A stretch of 64,000 nucleotides of DNA from Acidobacteriota bacterium (GTDB lineage: Bacteria > Acidobacteriota > UBA6911 > RPQK01 > JAJDTT01), in contig CBDCJH010000002.1 of assembly GCA_965217775.1 (NCBI GenBank), positions 3,360,001 to 3,424,000 of the forward strand, written 5' to 3'. The number at the start of each line of letters is the position of its first letter. Position 1 is the stretch's first letter. This document shows, in pieces, positions 1 to 10,248 of the stretch. The position numbers were made by a program, and so were the translations under genes. The notes below the pieces were generated by a model. It was not told the DNA's origin and did no database searches. It saw nothing but the letters and a program-made list of their open reading frames with translations.

Positions 1-3000
1 CGGAGAAGCACCTGGTGTCAAAGAACTTGGTGACCGATCGGTTACCTTCGGATATGTTCCCGTCACAGGTGCGATCCGGAAGTACGACTCGACGCCTTCC
101 GATGTTCAGGACATCGCTCCCCGCATCGATTTCCATCTGCGGCTGCCCGCTCTGGAGGGTCACCAGAGTGGTCAGCTCCCAGCCATAGAGGAGCTGCCGC
201 CCCAGTCCCTGAAGACCTCGTCCAAAAGGCAACTCATAGATTCCCGTCGTATAGAAGGCGCTGGCGGCATGCCAGGGAGCTATGGTCCGAGACGCCGAGC
301 GATCGTATTCGTTCTGGGCCGTGCGCTGGTGATTGGTCAGCAGATTCTTCGACCAGGTATAACCGGCTACCAGACTCAGGCCGTCGCTGAAGCGCCTTTC
401 GAAGCGGGTCTGAAACGAGTTGTAGGAGGTGTTCATGTCGGAAATGATGTAGCGGTTGGGGCGAATCGGAGGATAGGGCCGGCGGTCGAGCTGGGCGCCC
501 GTCGCCGTCAGCGTAGCGCCGTCGTTGGGAAGCTGAAACCGCACCCCCTCCGGCAGCGCCACGTTGAAGTTGCGGGCTCCGAACTGATGGCTCCCCTTGT
601 TCCCCACGTAGGCCACCTCCACGCGTGTCTCCGGCATCAGTTCGTGTTGGAGCGAAAGACTCCAATTCTGCACGTCGCCGGGTGTCCAGTGGGGATCCGC
701 CATATAGTTCGACGGCCACTCCGAAAGTGACGAACCGGCGACGATGGATGGGGCGACCCCGTACATGACGGTCGGCACCTGGCCCCGCGGATTTCTTCCG
801 TCCGACGCCCCGGTCAACTGGGGAAGATTCCCGGCGCTCCGGAAGTAAACGAAGGTGGAATCGTCGAACGATCTGCCGTAACCGACTCTCAGCGCCGTGC
901 GATTCCCTCCGAAGGGTCTCCAGGCGATCCCGATTCGGGGAGCGAAGTCCCGATAGTCCGGCTCGGTCACCCGCCGGGTATCGAGCAGGACGGCCGGAAT
1001 AGGCGAACGATTGGGGCCCTCCAGCGGTCCGCCCAGGATCGGCTGGACGGGGGCGTCCTTGAGGAGGCGGGCCACCGGATTGTAGCGGTCGGAGCCCAGT
1101 TCGAAGAAGGCCAGACCTCGTCCGTCGGACATGAGGACAGGCAGGCTGATTTCGTGCCGGATCCCCAGCGTCAAGGTCAGATTGGGGGTCACCCTCCAAC
1201 TGTCCCCAAGGAACCAGTTGTAGAAGCTCTTGGTCGGATAATTGTTGATGAAGTCATGCTGCAACGTGTAGCTGACGGAGGAGGGGTATCCCAGCAGAAA
1301 ATCGGCGATGACCTGCCCCTGGGAGCCGCCGATCTGGGCGGTGGCGTAGCCGTCGAAGCCCATGCCGCCGCCCCCGGTGCGCGCTCCTCCCGCGATGAGC
1401 TTGTAGCGTTGGGTGGAGATGCCGAACTTGATGATGTGGTCGCCCGTGTTCCAACTGATCACTTCCTTAGCTCCACCGTCGGTGCCGAAATCGTATTCAT
1501 TGTCCATGCTCCGAATATCGGGATAGGGCCGAATCCGTGTCCTGGGAACTCCCCACCCCGCCTCCGGGACGGTATCTGCGTGGTCGAACCCGAAGACCTC
1601 GGCCCAATTCTGGTGCAGCTCATCGGGAGGGGAGTTCTTGGAGTGCTTGCGGCCCAGGTAGAGGCTCAATTCATTGTTGACGTTCGGTCCGAAGTTCTTG
1701 ATGTAGCCGGCGGCGACCTGAAAGCCCCGCTGCCGATCCTGGATGAAGGTCACGTTCGGCGTGTAGTGGAAACCCGTCGTCTTGGGAGATCTCTGCCAGG
1801 TCCAGCGGCCCCAGAGCTGGTCTCCCCCCTCGAAGTTCTGGTCGATCCGGATGTTCCACTTGTCCACATCCGTGTTGTCGACGGCGTTCCAGAAATAATT
1901 GGGGTTGGAGCCGGGGGGTTGGTTGGGAGGCGGAGGCAGGAAGGTTCCGTCCTGAACGATGGCCCGCGCCACCGGATTCATCCGGTCCGACGGGACCCGG
2001 TTGCCGGGAAACGGCATCCGTTGGCCGTCGACCACGTTCATCGGATCGTAGATGATCCGACCGGGCCAGTGGCCATCGAGACCGAAGACTCCGTTACGTT
2101 CGTTTTCCGTTGGTGAGATCTGCGAGCGCACGAAATTGCTGCGCTGTCTCAGCCCCTCGTAGGAGAAGAAGAAGAAGGTGCTGTCCTTGAAGATGGGTCC
2201 GCCCAACGTCGCCCCAAACTGGTGCCGCTTGTAGGGGACCGTACCGGTCCCCACCCGGTTGGCCATGAAGTTGTTGGCGTCCAAGGCGTCGTTTCGCGCA
2301 TAGTCCCAAATGGAACCGTGAAACTCGTTGGTTCCCGACTTCGAGACCATGGTGATCACGGCGCCCGAGACTCGTCCGTATTCGGCCGAGTAGTTGTTCG
2401 TGACCACCTTGAATTCCTGGATGGCGTCCGGCGAGGGCCGTGTGGTCGGCATGTTCTGATACAGATCCTGGTTCGGGGTCCCGTCCAGCAGCAGTAGATT
2501 CTGGCTGTACTGCTGACCATTGAACCCGGGCAGCCGGGGCTGCGCCGCCGGTATGTCCCTCAGCGGCGCCACCACCGCTCCCGTCATGTAACGCGCCAAC
2601 TGAAAGATATCCCGTTCATTCAAGGGGAGATCCTTGATCTGGCGTTCGGTCGTGACCGCGCCCAGATCGGCCGTCTCCGTCTCCACCACCGGTGATCCTC
2701 CTATGACGGTGATCGTCTCGGCGATTTCGCCGACGGTCATGGAGAAGTCAAGGCGCGCCCGCTGCCGAACTTCGAGCCGCACTCCTTCTCTCACCTGCGT
2801 CTTGAATGCCGGGAGTGAAACGCGAACGGTGTAGATGCCCGGAGGCAGGTTCTCGACGACGTAGTCCCCACGCTCGTTTGTGATCCCACCTCGGGTCACG
2901 TTCGTGGCGACGTTGGTGATGTCGACGCTCACACCCGGAAGCGCCCCTTCGCTGATGTCGCTGACCGTCCCCACCAGGGCAGCGTCTTCGCCTTGAGCCA

Positions 3001-3070
3001 TTCCCGGAATACTCAAGAGCAGAACGGCCAGCCCAAACACACTCAAACGGATAGCGGTTGTAGTCCTCAT
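1..3070 (-). CDS. TonB-dependent receptor (carboxypeptidase-regulatory-like N-domain, Oar-type); runs off the window edge
   Basis: Own translation from ATG 3070 (RBS GGAGG): MRTTTAIRLSVFGLAVLLLSIPGMAQ..LVGTVSDISEGALPGVSVDITNV..GDYVVENLPPGIY, plus DAIQEFKVVTNNYSAEYGR. Absent from the ORF track, apparently because no stop lies in the window. Confidence 0.9.
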   Translation of the reverse strand, partial: MRTTTAIRLSVFGLAVLLLSIPGMAQGEDAALVGTVSDISEGALPGVSVDITNVATNVTRGGITNERGDYVVENLPPGIYTVRVSLPAFKTQVREGVRLEVRQRARLDFSMTVGEIAETITVIGGSPVVETETADLGAVTTERQIKDLPLNERDIFQLARYMTGAVVAPLRDIPAAQPRLPGFNGQQYSQNLLLLDGTPNQDLYQNMPTTRPSPDAIQEFKVVTNNYSAEYGRVSGAVITMVSKSGTNEFHGSIWDYARNDALDANNFMANRVGTGTVPYKRHQFGATLGGPIFKDSTFFFFSYEGLRQRSNFVRSQISPTENERNGVFGLDGHWPGRIIYDPMNVVDGQRMPFPGNRVPSDRMNPVARAIVQDGTFLPPPPNQPPGSNPNYFWNAVDNTDVDKWNIRIDQNFEGGDQLWGRWTWQRSPKTTGFHYTPNVTFIQDRQRGFQVAAGYIKNFGPNVNNELSLYLGRKHSKNSPPDELHQNWAEVFGFDHADTVPEAGWGVPRTRIRPYPDIRSMDNEYDFGTDGGAKEVISWNTGDHIIKFGISTQRYKLIAGGARTGGGGMGFDGYATAQIGGSQGQVIADFLLGYPSSVSYTLQHDFINNYPTKSFYNWFLGDSWRVTPNLTLTLGIRHEISLPVLMSDGRGLAFFELGSDRYNPVARLLKDAPVQPILGGPLEGPNRSPIPAVLLDTRRVTEPDYRDFAPRIGIAWRPFGGNRTALRVGYGRSFDDSTFVYFRSAGNLPQLTGASDGRNPRGQVPTVMYGVAPSIVAGSSLSEWPSNYMADPHWTPGDVQNWSLSLQHELMPETRVEVAYVGNKGSHQFGARNFNVALPEGVRFQLPNDGATLTATGAQLDRRPYPPIRPNRYIISDMNTSYNSFQTRFERRFSDGLSLVAGYTWSKNLLTNHQRTAQNEYDRSASRTIAPWHAASAFYTTGIYELPFGRGLQGLGRQLLYGWELTTLVTLQSGQPQMEIDAGSDVLNIGRRRVVLPDRTCDGNISEGNRSVTKFFDTRCFS

Positions 3071-3350
3071 GTCACCTCCATCGGCGAGAACCGTTGCGTT
3101 ATGCCAGGCCAGGATCAGGTTCGGCTCGCGCGCCGGAAGAAGCGCTCAGTGGATAGCCAGTGGGAACTCACCCGACAGGGCGGGCGATGTCCTGGACATC
3201 CGGAGCAGGTACGATGTGCCGGCGGTGGAGCCTTCCTGGGCTACCAGCATGACGAATAACCCAACGGACGGTCTAAATAGCAAAGTTGTATGATCTGGAG
3301 CTAGCTTGGCACTTAAGGCAAGATCATCCAGCCTCATTGCGTTCACAGGC

Positions 3351-3366
3351 AGCAATTCCAGTGCCA
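3351..3366 (-). promoter_or_regulatory. sigma-54 (-24/-12) promoter upstream of the TonB receptor, with an AT-rich IHF-like site at about 3388-3412
   Basis: Minus strand reads TGGCAC-TGGAA-TTGCT, matching the consensus TGGCAC-N5-TTGCW. Confidence 0.6.
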
Positions 3367-3641
3367 GGGCGCATCGCACCTCTCTAATAACTGCTTTAAA
3401 TTGAATACGTTAGCCCATTAACTGCCCATCAAGCCAATTGGCTGACGCTCTCGGACCGGGAGCGGATTCAAAAAATTGGACAATTCCCGGCGACATGGTT
3501 CAAGAATGTGGATCGCAAGGGTGGCAAAGGGCCCGTATGGCGATGGAATTGGACAGATGTTACCATCGGAGAATCGAGTTGGGACAGGCCGGAAAGGCAG
3601 GTCCATTCCATGTTATCCACAGTGACCGCGGAGAAGCTTTC

Positions 3642-5234
3642 ATGAAGACGCTTTTCGCGGTTATTCTGTTTCTGACCCACCTCCCATCTCTTCCCGGTCT
3701 TCCCCAGAACCAGAAGCCTCCGGAGGAAGAGATCGATTACTACAAGAAATGGCTGCAGGAAGACGTCCGCTACATCATTGTCGATGAAGAACGGGCTGTC
3801 TTCGAGAAACTCAACACGGACGACGAGCGAGACGCCTTCATAGAACAGTTCTGGCGCCGGCGAGATACCGACCCGGCGACGGCCATCAATGAGTTCCAGG
3901 AGGAACATTATCGTAGGATCGCCTACGCCAACGACCGATTCCGGTCCGGCGTCGAGGGCTGGGCCACCGACCGCGGCCGGATCTACATCACTTTCGGTCC
4001 TCCCGACAATATCGACGACCATCCCGGCGGATACTACGCCCGCCGGCCGGAAGAGGGGGGCGGCATGACCAGCACCTATGCGTTTCAGCGCTGGTTCTAC
4101 CGGTTCATCCCTGGAATAGGACCCGGTGTCGAGATCGAGTTCGTCGACCCCACCAATACGGGGGAATACCGGATCGCGCTGCGGCCGACCGAGAAGGATG
4201 CCCTCTTTGTGGCCGGGGGAGGAATGACGGACGGGGAATTCCGCGGTGAGGTGGATCGGGCCGGGCGCGTGCGCTCCGCCCTCTTGATGAGGAACCTGGG
4301 TCTGGAGGGCGATCCCTACTACATGACGGGGGCTCAGCCGCTGCAGCGCGTGCGCAACTATTTCTACGCCAAGCGCCCTCCCAAGCTCCAGTTTGGAGAA
4401 CTGCAGAATCTGGTGGACACCCAGCTCTACTACGATTCCATACCGGTTCAGATCGGAGTCAATCAATTCCGGGTGGGACCGGACCAGGTGCTGGCTCCCG
4501 TCACCCTCAGGATTGGACGGGAGCAGCTGACCTATGGGGAAACGGAAGGGGGCCGGCGGGCCGTCCTGAACATCTATGGCAGGGTGACCGACCTGGGAAA
4601 TCGGATCGCGTACGAGTTCGAGGATACCGTTCTGGCGGATCAGCCCGCCGACCTGCAGCCGGAGGAAATCGGGGGCGTGGCCACCTACCAGAGGAGCATT
4701 CCCCTGCGATCCGGCCGATACAAACTGACTCTGATCCTGAAGGACGGGAACAGTGGGAAGGTCTCGGTCACCGCGACTCCGATCCGCGTCGTCCCCTTCG
4801 AGTCCAAGACCCTGACGACGAGCAGCATCATCCTTGCCGACAAGGTCCTGTCTTCGGAACCCGGAACCCTTCTGAGCGAGCCCTTCGTGGTCCCCGGCGG
4901 TTTCAAGATCTTCCCCAACGTGACTCAGGAGTTCACGAACCGGGACCGCTGTTTCTTCTATGTGGAGGCCTATGAGGTGGCCATCGATCAGTCGACGCTT
5001 CAACCCCTGCTGGGAGCCGAGATCTATCTGGTCCACGATGGCCGTATCGTGCAGCAGGAACAGCCCAAGGCCGTGACCCTGGGCGATCGGGTCGCCCTTT
5101 TCCACGACGTGGATCTGAGCCGGCTCCTTTCAGGAAAGCATCGCATCGAGTTGCACGTGGACGACCGCATCAGCGGTCAGCGAGTCATCCGCCGCGCAGA
5201 GATCACGATTCTGGACGACTCCCGCGGTTCCTGA
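3642..5234 (+). CDS. GWxTD domain-containing protein
   Basis: Signal peptide MKTLFAVILF; YYKKWLQEDVRYII, FIEQFW..RD and GWATDRGRIYI motifs. Confidence 0.9.
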   Translation: MKTLFAVILFLTHLPSLPGLPQNQKPPEEEIDYYKKWLQEDVRYIIVDEERAVFEKLNTDDERDAFIEQFWRRRDTDPATAINEFQEEHYRRIAYANDRFRSGVEGWATDRGRIYITFGPPDNIDDHPGGYYARRPEEGGGMTSTYAFQRWFYRFIPGIGPGVEIEFVDPTNTGEYRIALRPTEKDALFVAGGGMTDGEFRGEVDRAGRVRSALLMRNLGLEGDPYYMTGAQPLQRVRNYFYAKRPPKLQFGELQNLVDTQLYYDSIPVQIGVNQFRVGPDQVLAPVTLRIGREQLTYGETEGGRRAVLNIYGRVTDLGNRIAYEFEDTVLADQPADLQPEEIGGVATYQRSIPLRSGRYKLTLILKDGNSGKVSVTATPIRVVPFESKTLTTSSIILADKVLSSEPGTLLSEPFVVPGGFKIFPNVTQEFTNRDRCFFYVEAYEVAIDQSTLQPLLGAEIYLVHDGRIVQQEQPKAVTLGDRVALFHDVDLSRLLSGKHRIELHVDDRISGQRVIRRAEITILDDSRGS

Positions 5235-5305
5235 CCGGATCGAGACGGGCGAGCAGGCGCTGAAGACGAAAATCCCCCGCGATCATCACGCCGCCCGGGT
5301 CAGGA

Positions 5306-6850
5306 TTATTTCTGGGCGGTGACCGGGTTTCCCGGTACGAACTGGAAAGCGAACAGCTTCGCGTTCTTGAAGTGGAATCGGAGCTTGACCGGCTTTCCGG
5401 CAAGTCCCGCCACGTCGGAACTTCCCCTCCAGGTGACCAGCCGTCCCATGCCGGTCTCACTGAGAGGATCACAGTCGTCGAAACCGTAACCGGAAATCGG
5501 TTTGTAGTCGGTTCCCAGAATCTCGACCCGGACCTCTGCGGGATGAGCTCCCCAACGCTGGAAGGCCGCCCGCAGATTGAGCCGCAGCTCGCTGCCGGAA
5601 AAGGTGAAGGTCCGGGTAACGGCCTTGCTGAAGGCCAGTTTTGAACCGTCCAGAGAAACGAAGCCATCCAAGGGCAGAATCGCCAATCCGATGGCTCCGT
5701 AGGCCCGCTCTTCCCCCAGCATCTCCAGTTGTTCCGGGGACCTCCAGTTCACCCCGCCGTAGTAGAAGAAGATCTTCTCCCCTTGGATGGCCGGTCTGAG
5801 GCCGTAGATCGCCACCGAGTCGAAGGCGTCCCCCGCTCCGGCCGGTATGAACGGACTGCGGTAGCGGCGGTCATAGTGGATGCCATCCCGGCTGAAGACG
5901 AATTGGGGCAGGATCGTGGTGTTCGTGGTCCTGAAGTTCCAGAGCATTCCGATGGTGAATCCTTCGTAGGCAGTGGCGTGAAGCGAGTAGAACTCGGTGT
6001 CGGGATAATCATGGCCGTCGGGAAGGATGACCGGGACGGCTTCGCTCCAACGGATCATGTCGGGGCTCTCCGCTCGCCCGATGAAACGTTTGCCCAGGGG
6101 GCATCTCTGATGACCGCAGATCTCCATGTGGGCGACGTAGACTTGGTGCACGGGATCCCAACCCATCACCGATGTCGGTCCCCAGCGGCCCTTGCGCTCT
6201 CCCCAGTCGATGACCGGATTGCCGGGATGGGCCGACCAGTTGAAGGCGTCTCCGGAATGGTAGAGATGGAACTGCATCCCGGTCCTTCCCGTCTCGTTGG
6301 AAAGCTTTCCCCCCACGGTCTGCACCATGGCTTTGTAGCGTTTCGACGGATCCGGCTCCCGGGCATCGAAGACGATGCCACCCTTGAATCCGAGCCAGTT
6401 GTCCTCACCGACGATGTTGTTGTCCCGGGAGCCGGCGAACTCCACCAGCCCCAGTGAAGGTTTATCCCAACGGTAGCCGTCGGAGGAAGTGGCGTAGCAG
6501 ATTCGACGGCCCGCGCTTTCGGGTTCTCCTCCGGCAACGGGAGTCCAATTGCTGGTCGAGTACCACATCCGGAATTTCCGTTGATCCGGGTCATAGAAAA
6601 CCGTTCCGTAGTGGATGTAGTTGCCTTCCCAGGGGCGGTCCCGAGGGATGACGGGATTGTCGACCGCCTTGCGGGGATGATTCAGGACCAGCGCCGTGTC
6701 CTCCAGGGACTCCAGCAGAAACTCGTCCAGGAAAAGTTGTTTGCTGCTCCCAATGGGGATGATGCTGCCGTTGCGAGGGGCAGCGGCCGTCTGGATCTGC
6801 ATCAGCACCAGACTCGATACCAGCAACGTCAGGACTCTTACCATCCGCAT
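5306..6850 (-). CDS. secreted GH32/GH43-like five-bladed beta-propeller protein
   Basis: KQLFLDE, NPVIPRDRPWE, YATSSDGYRW.KP.LG and SRDG motifs; C-terminal beta-sandwich ending LRF...AKLFAFQF. Confidence 0.7.
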   Translation of the reverse strand: MRMVRVLTLLVSSLVLMQIQTAAAPRNGSIIPIGSSKQLFLDEFLLESLEDTALVLNHPRKAVDNPVIPRDRPWEGNYIHYGTVFYDPDQRKFRMWYSTSNWTPVAGGEPESAGRRICYATSSDGYRWDKPSLGLVEFAGSRDNNIVGEDNWLGFKGGIVFDAREPDPSKRYKAMVQTVGGKLSNETGRTGMQFHLYHSGDAFNWSAHPGNPVIDWGERKGRWGPTSVMGWDPVHQVYVAHMEICGHQRCPLGKRFIGRAESPDMIRWSEAVPVILPDGHDYPDTEFYSLHATAYEGFTIGMLWNFRTTNTTILPQFVFSRDGIHYDRRYRSPFIPAGAGDAFDSVAIYGLRPAIQGEKIFFYYGGVNWRSPEQLEMLGEERAYGAIGLAILPLDGFVSLDGSKLAFSKAVTRTFTFSGSELRLNLRAAFQRWGAHPAEVRVEILGTDYKPISGYGFDDCDPLSETGMGRLVTWRGSSDVAGLAGKPVKLRFHFKNAKLFAFQFVPGNPVTAQK

Positions 6851-6874
6851 CTCAAACCTCCTTTGTGGCCCCGA

Positions 6875-8521
6875 TCAAGACTCGGGCCGGGCAAACCGAA
6901 TCGAGAAGAGGTCCGCATCCTTCATCACGATACGGAGCCGAACGACCCGGCCTTCCAGGCGGCTCAAGTCGGAGCCCTCCGCCCAGCGTACGACCTGCTC
7001 GATCTTGTCTCCGATGATCTCGGGACAATCGGCCAGCCGGAACCCCGGGATCGGTTCGCCTTCCGCGTCCTGGATTTCCACGCGGAGGCTGCCGGCCGCC
7101 GAGGTCGAGAAGTTCAGGACGAGTTTCGTCCCCTGGAATTTCAAGGGACGGGTCACCATCTCGCCGCCATCGTAATTCGCGTGCAGGGAGGCAAAGCCGT
7201 CGCTGCGCAGAATGTAGCGCCTCACGTGACCCGAAGGCAGCTCGTAGTGACGCGTCACGTAGAAGGACACCTCATCCCCGGCGGTGGGGACGATCCCGAT
7301 TCCGGGAAAGTTGGTCCGAGTGCCCCAGTTCTCGAGTCCGGGACCCGGCCGCAGAAAGGCCTCGGGGAAGGTCCGCTCATAACTGTCCCCTCCGCGGCTG
7401 GTCAGGAGGATGGCGTCCGAGCAGTTCTTCCAGGTCCACCAGGGCATCCCATCCGGCTGGAGGGACCGGCCCTCCTCTTCGCTCAAGGCCTGCTGGCCGG
7501 GCAGGAAGCGTGCGGCCAGACCGATGTAGAGATGGGGCGCTCGAAAGTAGGGTTGGGTCGCGCTGGTATAGAGCTGTTCGTTCACGGTGGGAGGGTACTG
7601 GCTGAATTTCATCGTCTGCCAGTCACTCCAGTGGACCAGATCCTGAGAGACGGCCCGCTGGATGGTCCGGATCACCCCGGTTCTCTTCCAGGTCCGGCCG
7701 CCGTCCGCAGAGTAGCGGAAAGCGTCGTCGCCGGCCCGGTCCCCGCCGAGAATGGAGAACTCCCCCTTTCTGGTGAGCAAGGATCGGAACGAGGCGGGAT
7801 CGTCACCCAAACGCCTGATTTTCAATCCCAGTTCGACGTTGGAACGGCCGAACGCCACATAACAATTTTCCGTTTCACTCCAGAAAAGACTCGCGCCTTC
7901 GATGGAAGGCCGGTCGTGGAGCTTCCTCCAATGGATGCCGTCAGCCGAGACCAGGATCCGGGAGCCAGTCTCGGGTGTCGATCTCGGCGGGGCCTTCACC
8001 GCCTTGAAGCGCTCTGAGGGAGGCACCCCGGGACGGGTATCCAGGAAGGGAGTGAATCCGCTGGAATCGAACAGAACGTTGTTGTTCCGCGTTCCCCTGA
8101 TCTCCACCAGACCGAGGTTCGGCTTGGACCACTGGATCCCGTCGGAACTCGACGCGTAGCAGGTGGACTCGGTCAGTGCCTCCGTCTGGGGGTTCCAGAC
8201 CATGCCCCGGTAGTACATGTGGTAGCTCTCCCCGTCCTTCACGACGTTGGGAAAGGCGGAGCCCAGACCTTCCCAGGGCCGGTCGAATTGGATGGCCACC
8301 TCCGCCGGCCGGGGATGATGCAACTGGAGACGGACCCCCTCCATCCGCTGGATCAGGTAATGGTCCACGAACAGCTCCAGTCGAGATCCGATGTCTGGAA
8401 TCGGCTCGCTTCCTGCCGCGGCGAAACCATTCCCCAAAAGGAGAGCTACACCCGTGGCCAATGCCAGCACTCGTCCAGGCCTCCAGTTGAAGCACCGTTT
8501 CGCGGGTGGATTCTTGCTCAT
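6875..8521 (-). CDS. secreted GH32-like beta-propeller protein (paralog)
   Basis: IGSRLELFVD, YASSSDGIQWSKPNLG, LRSDGFAS, DADLFSIRF. Confidence 0.7.
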   Translation of the reverse strand: MSKNPPAKRCFNWRPGRVLALATGVALLLGNGFAAAGSEPIPDIGSRLELFVDHYLIQRMEGVRLQLHHPRPAEVAIQFDRPWEGLGSAFPNVVKDGESYHMYYRGMVWNPQTEALTESTCYASSSDGIQWSKPNLGLVEIRGTRNNNVLFDSSGFTPFLDTRPGVPPSERFKAVKAPPRSTPETGSRILVSADGIHWRKLHDRPSIEGASLFWSETENCYVAFGRSNVELGLKIRRLGDDPASFRSLLTRKGEFSILGGDRAGDDAFRYSADGGRTWKRTGVIRTIQRAVSQDLVHWSDWQTMKFSQYPPTVNEQLYTSATQPYFRAPHLYIGLAARFLPGQQALSEEEGRSLQPDGMPWWTWKNCSDAILLTSRGGDSYERTFPEAFLRPGPGLENWGTRTNFPGIGIVPTAGDEVSFYVTRHYELPSGHVRRYILRSDGFASLHANYDGGEMVTRPLKFQGTKLVLNFSTSAAGSLRVEIQDAEGEPIPGFRLADCPEIIGDKIEQVVRWAEGSDLSRLEGRVVRLRIVMKDADLFSIRFARPES

Positions 8522-9082
8522 TTCGACCTCCTTGCAGTCCCTGACAAAAGCCTGATATCACGCCTTCAGGCTCGATTCGCAAGTTGACGTTCATCTCGCG
8601 TCATGCCGGATTGGGGGCGCGCCTACCAGCGGATCGGGCCAAAGAGCCTCCTGAGGCTTAGAACGGGCTCACGGGGAGAACGCCGAACATCGGACGAAAT
8701 TGCTCTCGATCGTGTTTCCATCCTGGACCAGTGGTGGCAGGTAAAAAAAGCGATCGGGTTCCGCTGCGTCAAACCGGATATGGTTTCATTGTCAACGGCT
8801 CTCCCCTTAATTCTCACAACAACCGATGCAGAGGCATTCAGTACGGTTGGTCCCTACCCCGGGCGATCGGGCCACCAAACGAGAGGAGTCTCTATGAATC
8901 GATCCCTGATTGTGACCTCTCTGTTGTCCGCCAGTCAATCATGGGCGGTCTCGGGCCGGGGAGGGAACGAGCATTATTTGTCGGGCCATCTGCTACGACG
9001 ATCGGCTCCAGGAGTTTCGATTGTGATGCTGCACCGCCGCCCCAAACGACGACACCGGCAGGGAGCCGGATGAAGTCTCGGT

Positions 9083-10102
9083 TCAGCCTTCGTACGAGGG
9101 CCGTCCCGCGTCCCGATGCCAGGTTCTCACCAAGTGCCGTTTGTTGAGCGCGTCGGGAGGATCCCGAAACGCACTGCGGTAGTGCGCGATGTCGTTATTG
9201 TTGACGTACTGCTGCTGTCCCCGTTCGATAGGCAGCTCGAACCAGAACTCCGGGTCTGCCGCCAGTTGTTGAAACGCTCCCAGCGCCGCGCCCAGCGTGT
9301 CGTCCATTTCCCGCTCCGCGACCTCGTATCCCTTGCGGACCAGGCTGGGATTGGCCCGTGCGGTCAGGCACCCATCCTCCCAGCGGAACATGGGAGCGAC
9401 GGCGACCTTGGGAGCGACGGCGGCGTGCTCGGCCTGCCGGTCCCAGAGCATGGGACGGTAGAGCCGTGAGAGGAGGCGCGGCCGCGTTTCCAGCAGTTGA
9501 TCGTGAACGGCTGCCAGGCTGCAAAACCGGCTGACGCCACCCTCCAGGGCCGGATGGATGCACAGCAGGCCGACATACGTTGGCGGAGCAATGCCGAAAG
9601 CGTTGTCGGTGTGAAAGACCAGCTCGACCCGGGTATAGGATGCACGCACGCCGTACCCGTACTCCAGGCCCTTGTCGGTGACATCGTAGAGCATGGTCCC
9701 GTCCCATTTCTGGGCGACGTTGCGGCCGATGAGAGTTCCCAGACTCCAGGACACGGAGAGGGCCGTCTCGTGATCGATGTCATCCAGGGGAAATCGGTCC
9801 AGCACCACGACGCCGATGCCGTCCTCCAGTGCACGCTTGACCTTCGCCATCAGGCGCCGCAACCGCGGAATGTCGAAGTGGTCTGCGTGCCTCAACAGGA
9901 CCGGCAGGGGCGTCATTCGAATCTGTTCGCACATGGCCGCCAGTTCGTTGCGCTCTCTTGCGTCGAACTCGAAGACGCAGCCTGCCGGGTCGATCTGGTG
10001 CGACCGCCAGCTCCGGACCCGCGCACCGAGCGGACTCGCCGGAGCTGCGGTGGGTTCCCCACCCACCGGAATGCATCCTGGTACGGCCATGTCATTCCCC
10101 AT
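9083..10102 (-). CDS. TauD/TfdA family Fe(II)/2-oxoglutarate dioxygenase
   Basis: HTD facial-triad motif; NN..AHYRS..RHLVRTW C-terminal motif. Confidence 0.85.
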   Translation of the reverse strand: MGNDMAVPGCIPVGGEPTAAPASPLGARVRSWRSHQIDPAGCVFEFDARERNELAAMCEQIRMTPLPVLLRHADHFDIPRLRRLMAKVKRALEDGIGVVVLDRFPLDDIDHETALSVSWSLGTLIGRNVAQKWDGTMLYDVTDKGLEYGYGVRASYTRVELVFHTDNAFGIAPPTYVGLLCIHPALEGGVSRFCSLAAVHDQLLETRPRLLSRLYRPMLWDRQAEHAAVAPKVAVAPMFRWEDGCLTARANPSLVRKGYEVAEREMDDTLGAALGAFQQLAADPEFWFELPIERGQQQYVNNNDIAHYRSAFRDPPDALNKRHLVRTWHRDAGRPSYEG

Positions 10103-10248
10103 AGGTCCTCACTCACTGCCGCAGCCGACCGGCGCCGTCATATCCAGGGTAGGTGTCAACGGTCGGAATGTGAACTCCGGACGGTTTCGCGAGAACCTGG
10201 CAAGACGGAAGAAGGCGGTTACCATAAGTCAAGGAGAAGGAGGTCCAA

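Noticed and set aside
234-2834. ORFs listed across 234-2834
   Set aside because: Shadow frames of the minus-strand TonB receptor gene in high-GC DNA
3613-3621. Perfect DnaA box TTATCCACA
   Set aside because: Single copy, with no box cluster or dnaA nearby; not oriC evidence
8522-9082. Long intergenic region with hairpins, a GAGAGGAG RBS and a short ORF (MNRSLIVTSLL...)
   Set aside because: No riboswitch consensus recognised; the ORF loses protein-like character quickly and is at most a gene remnant
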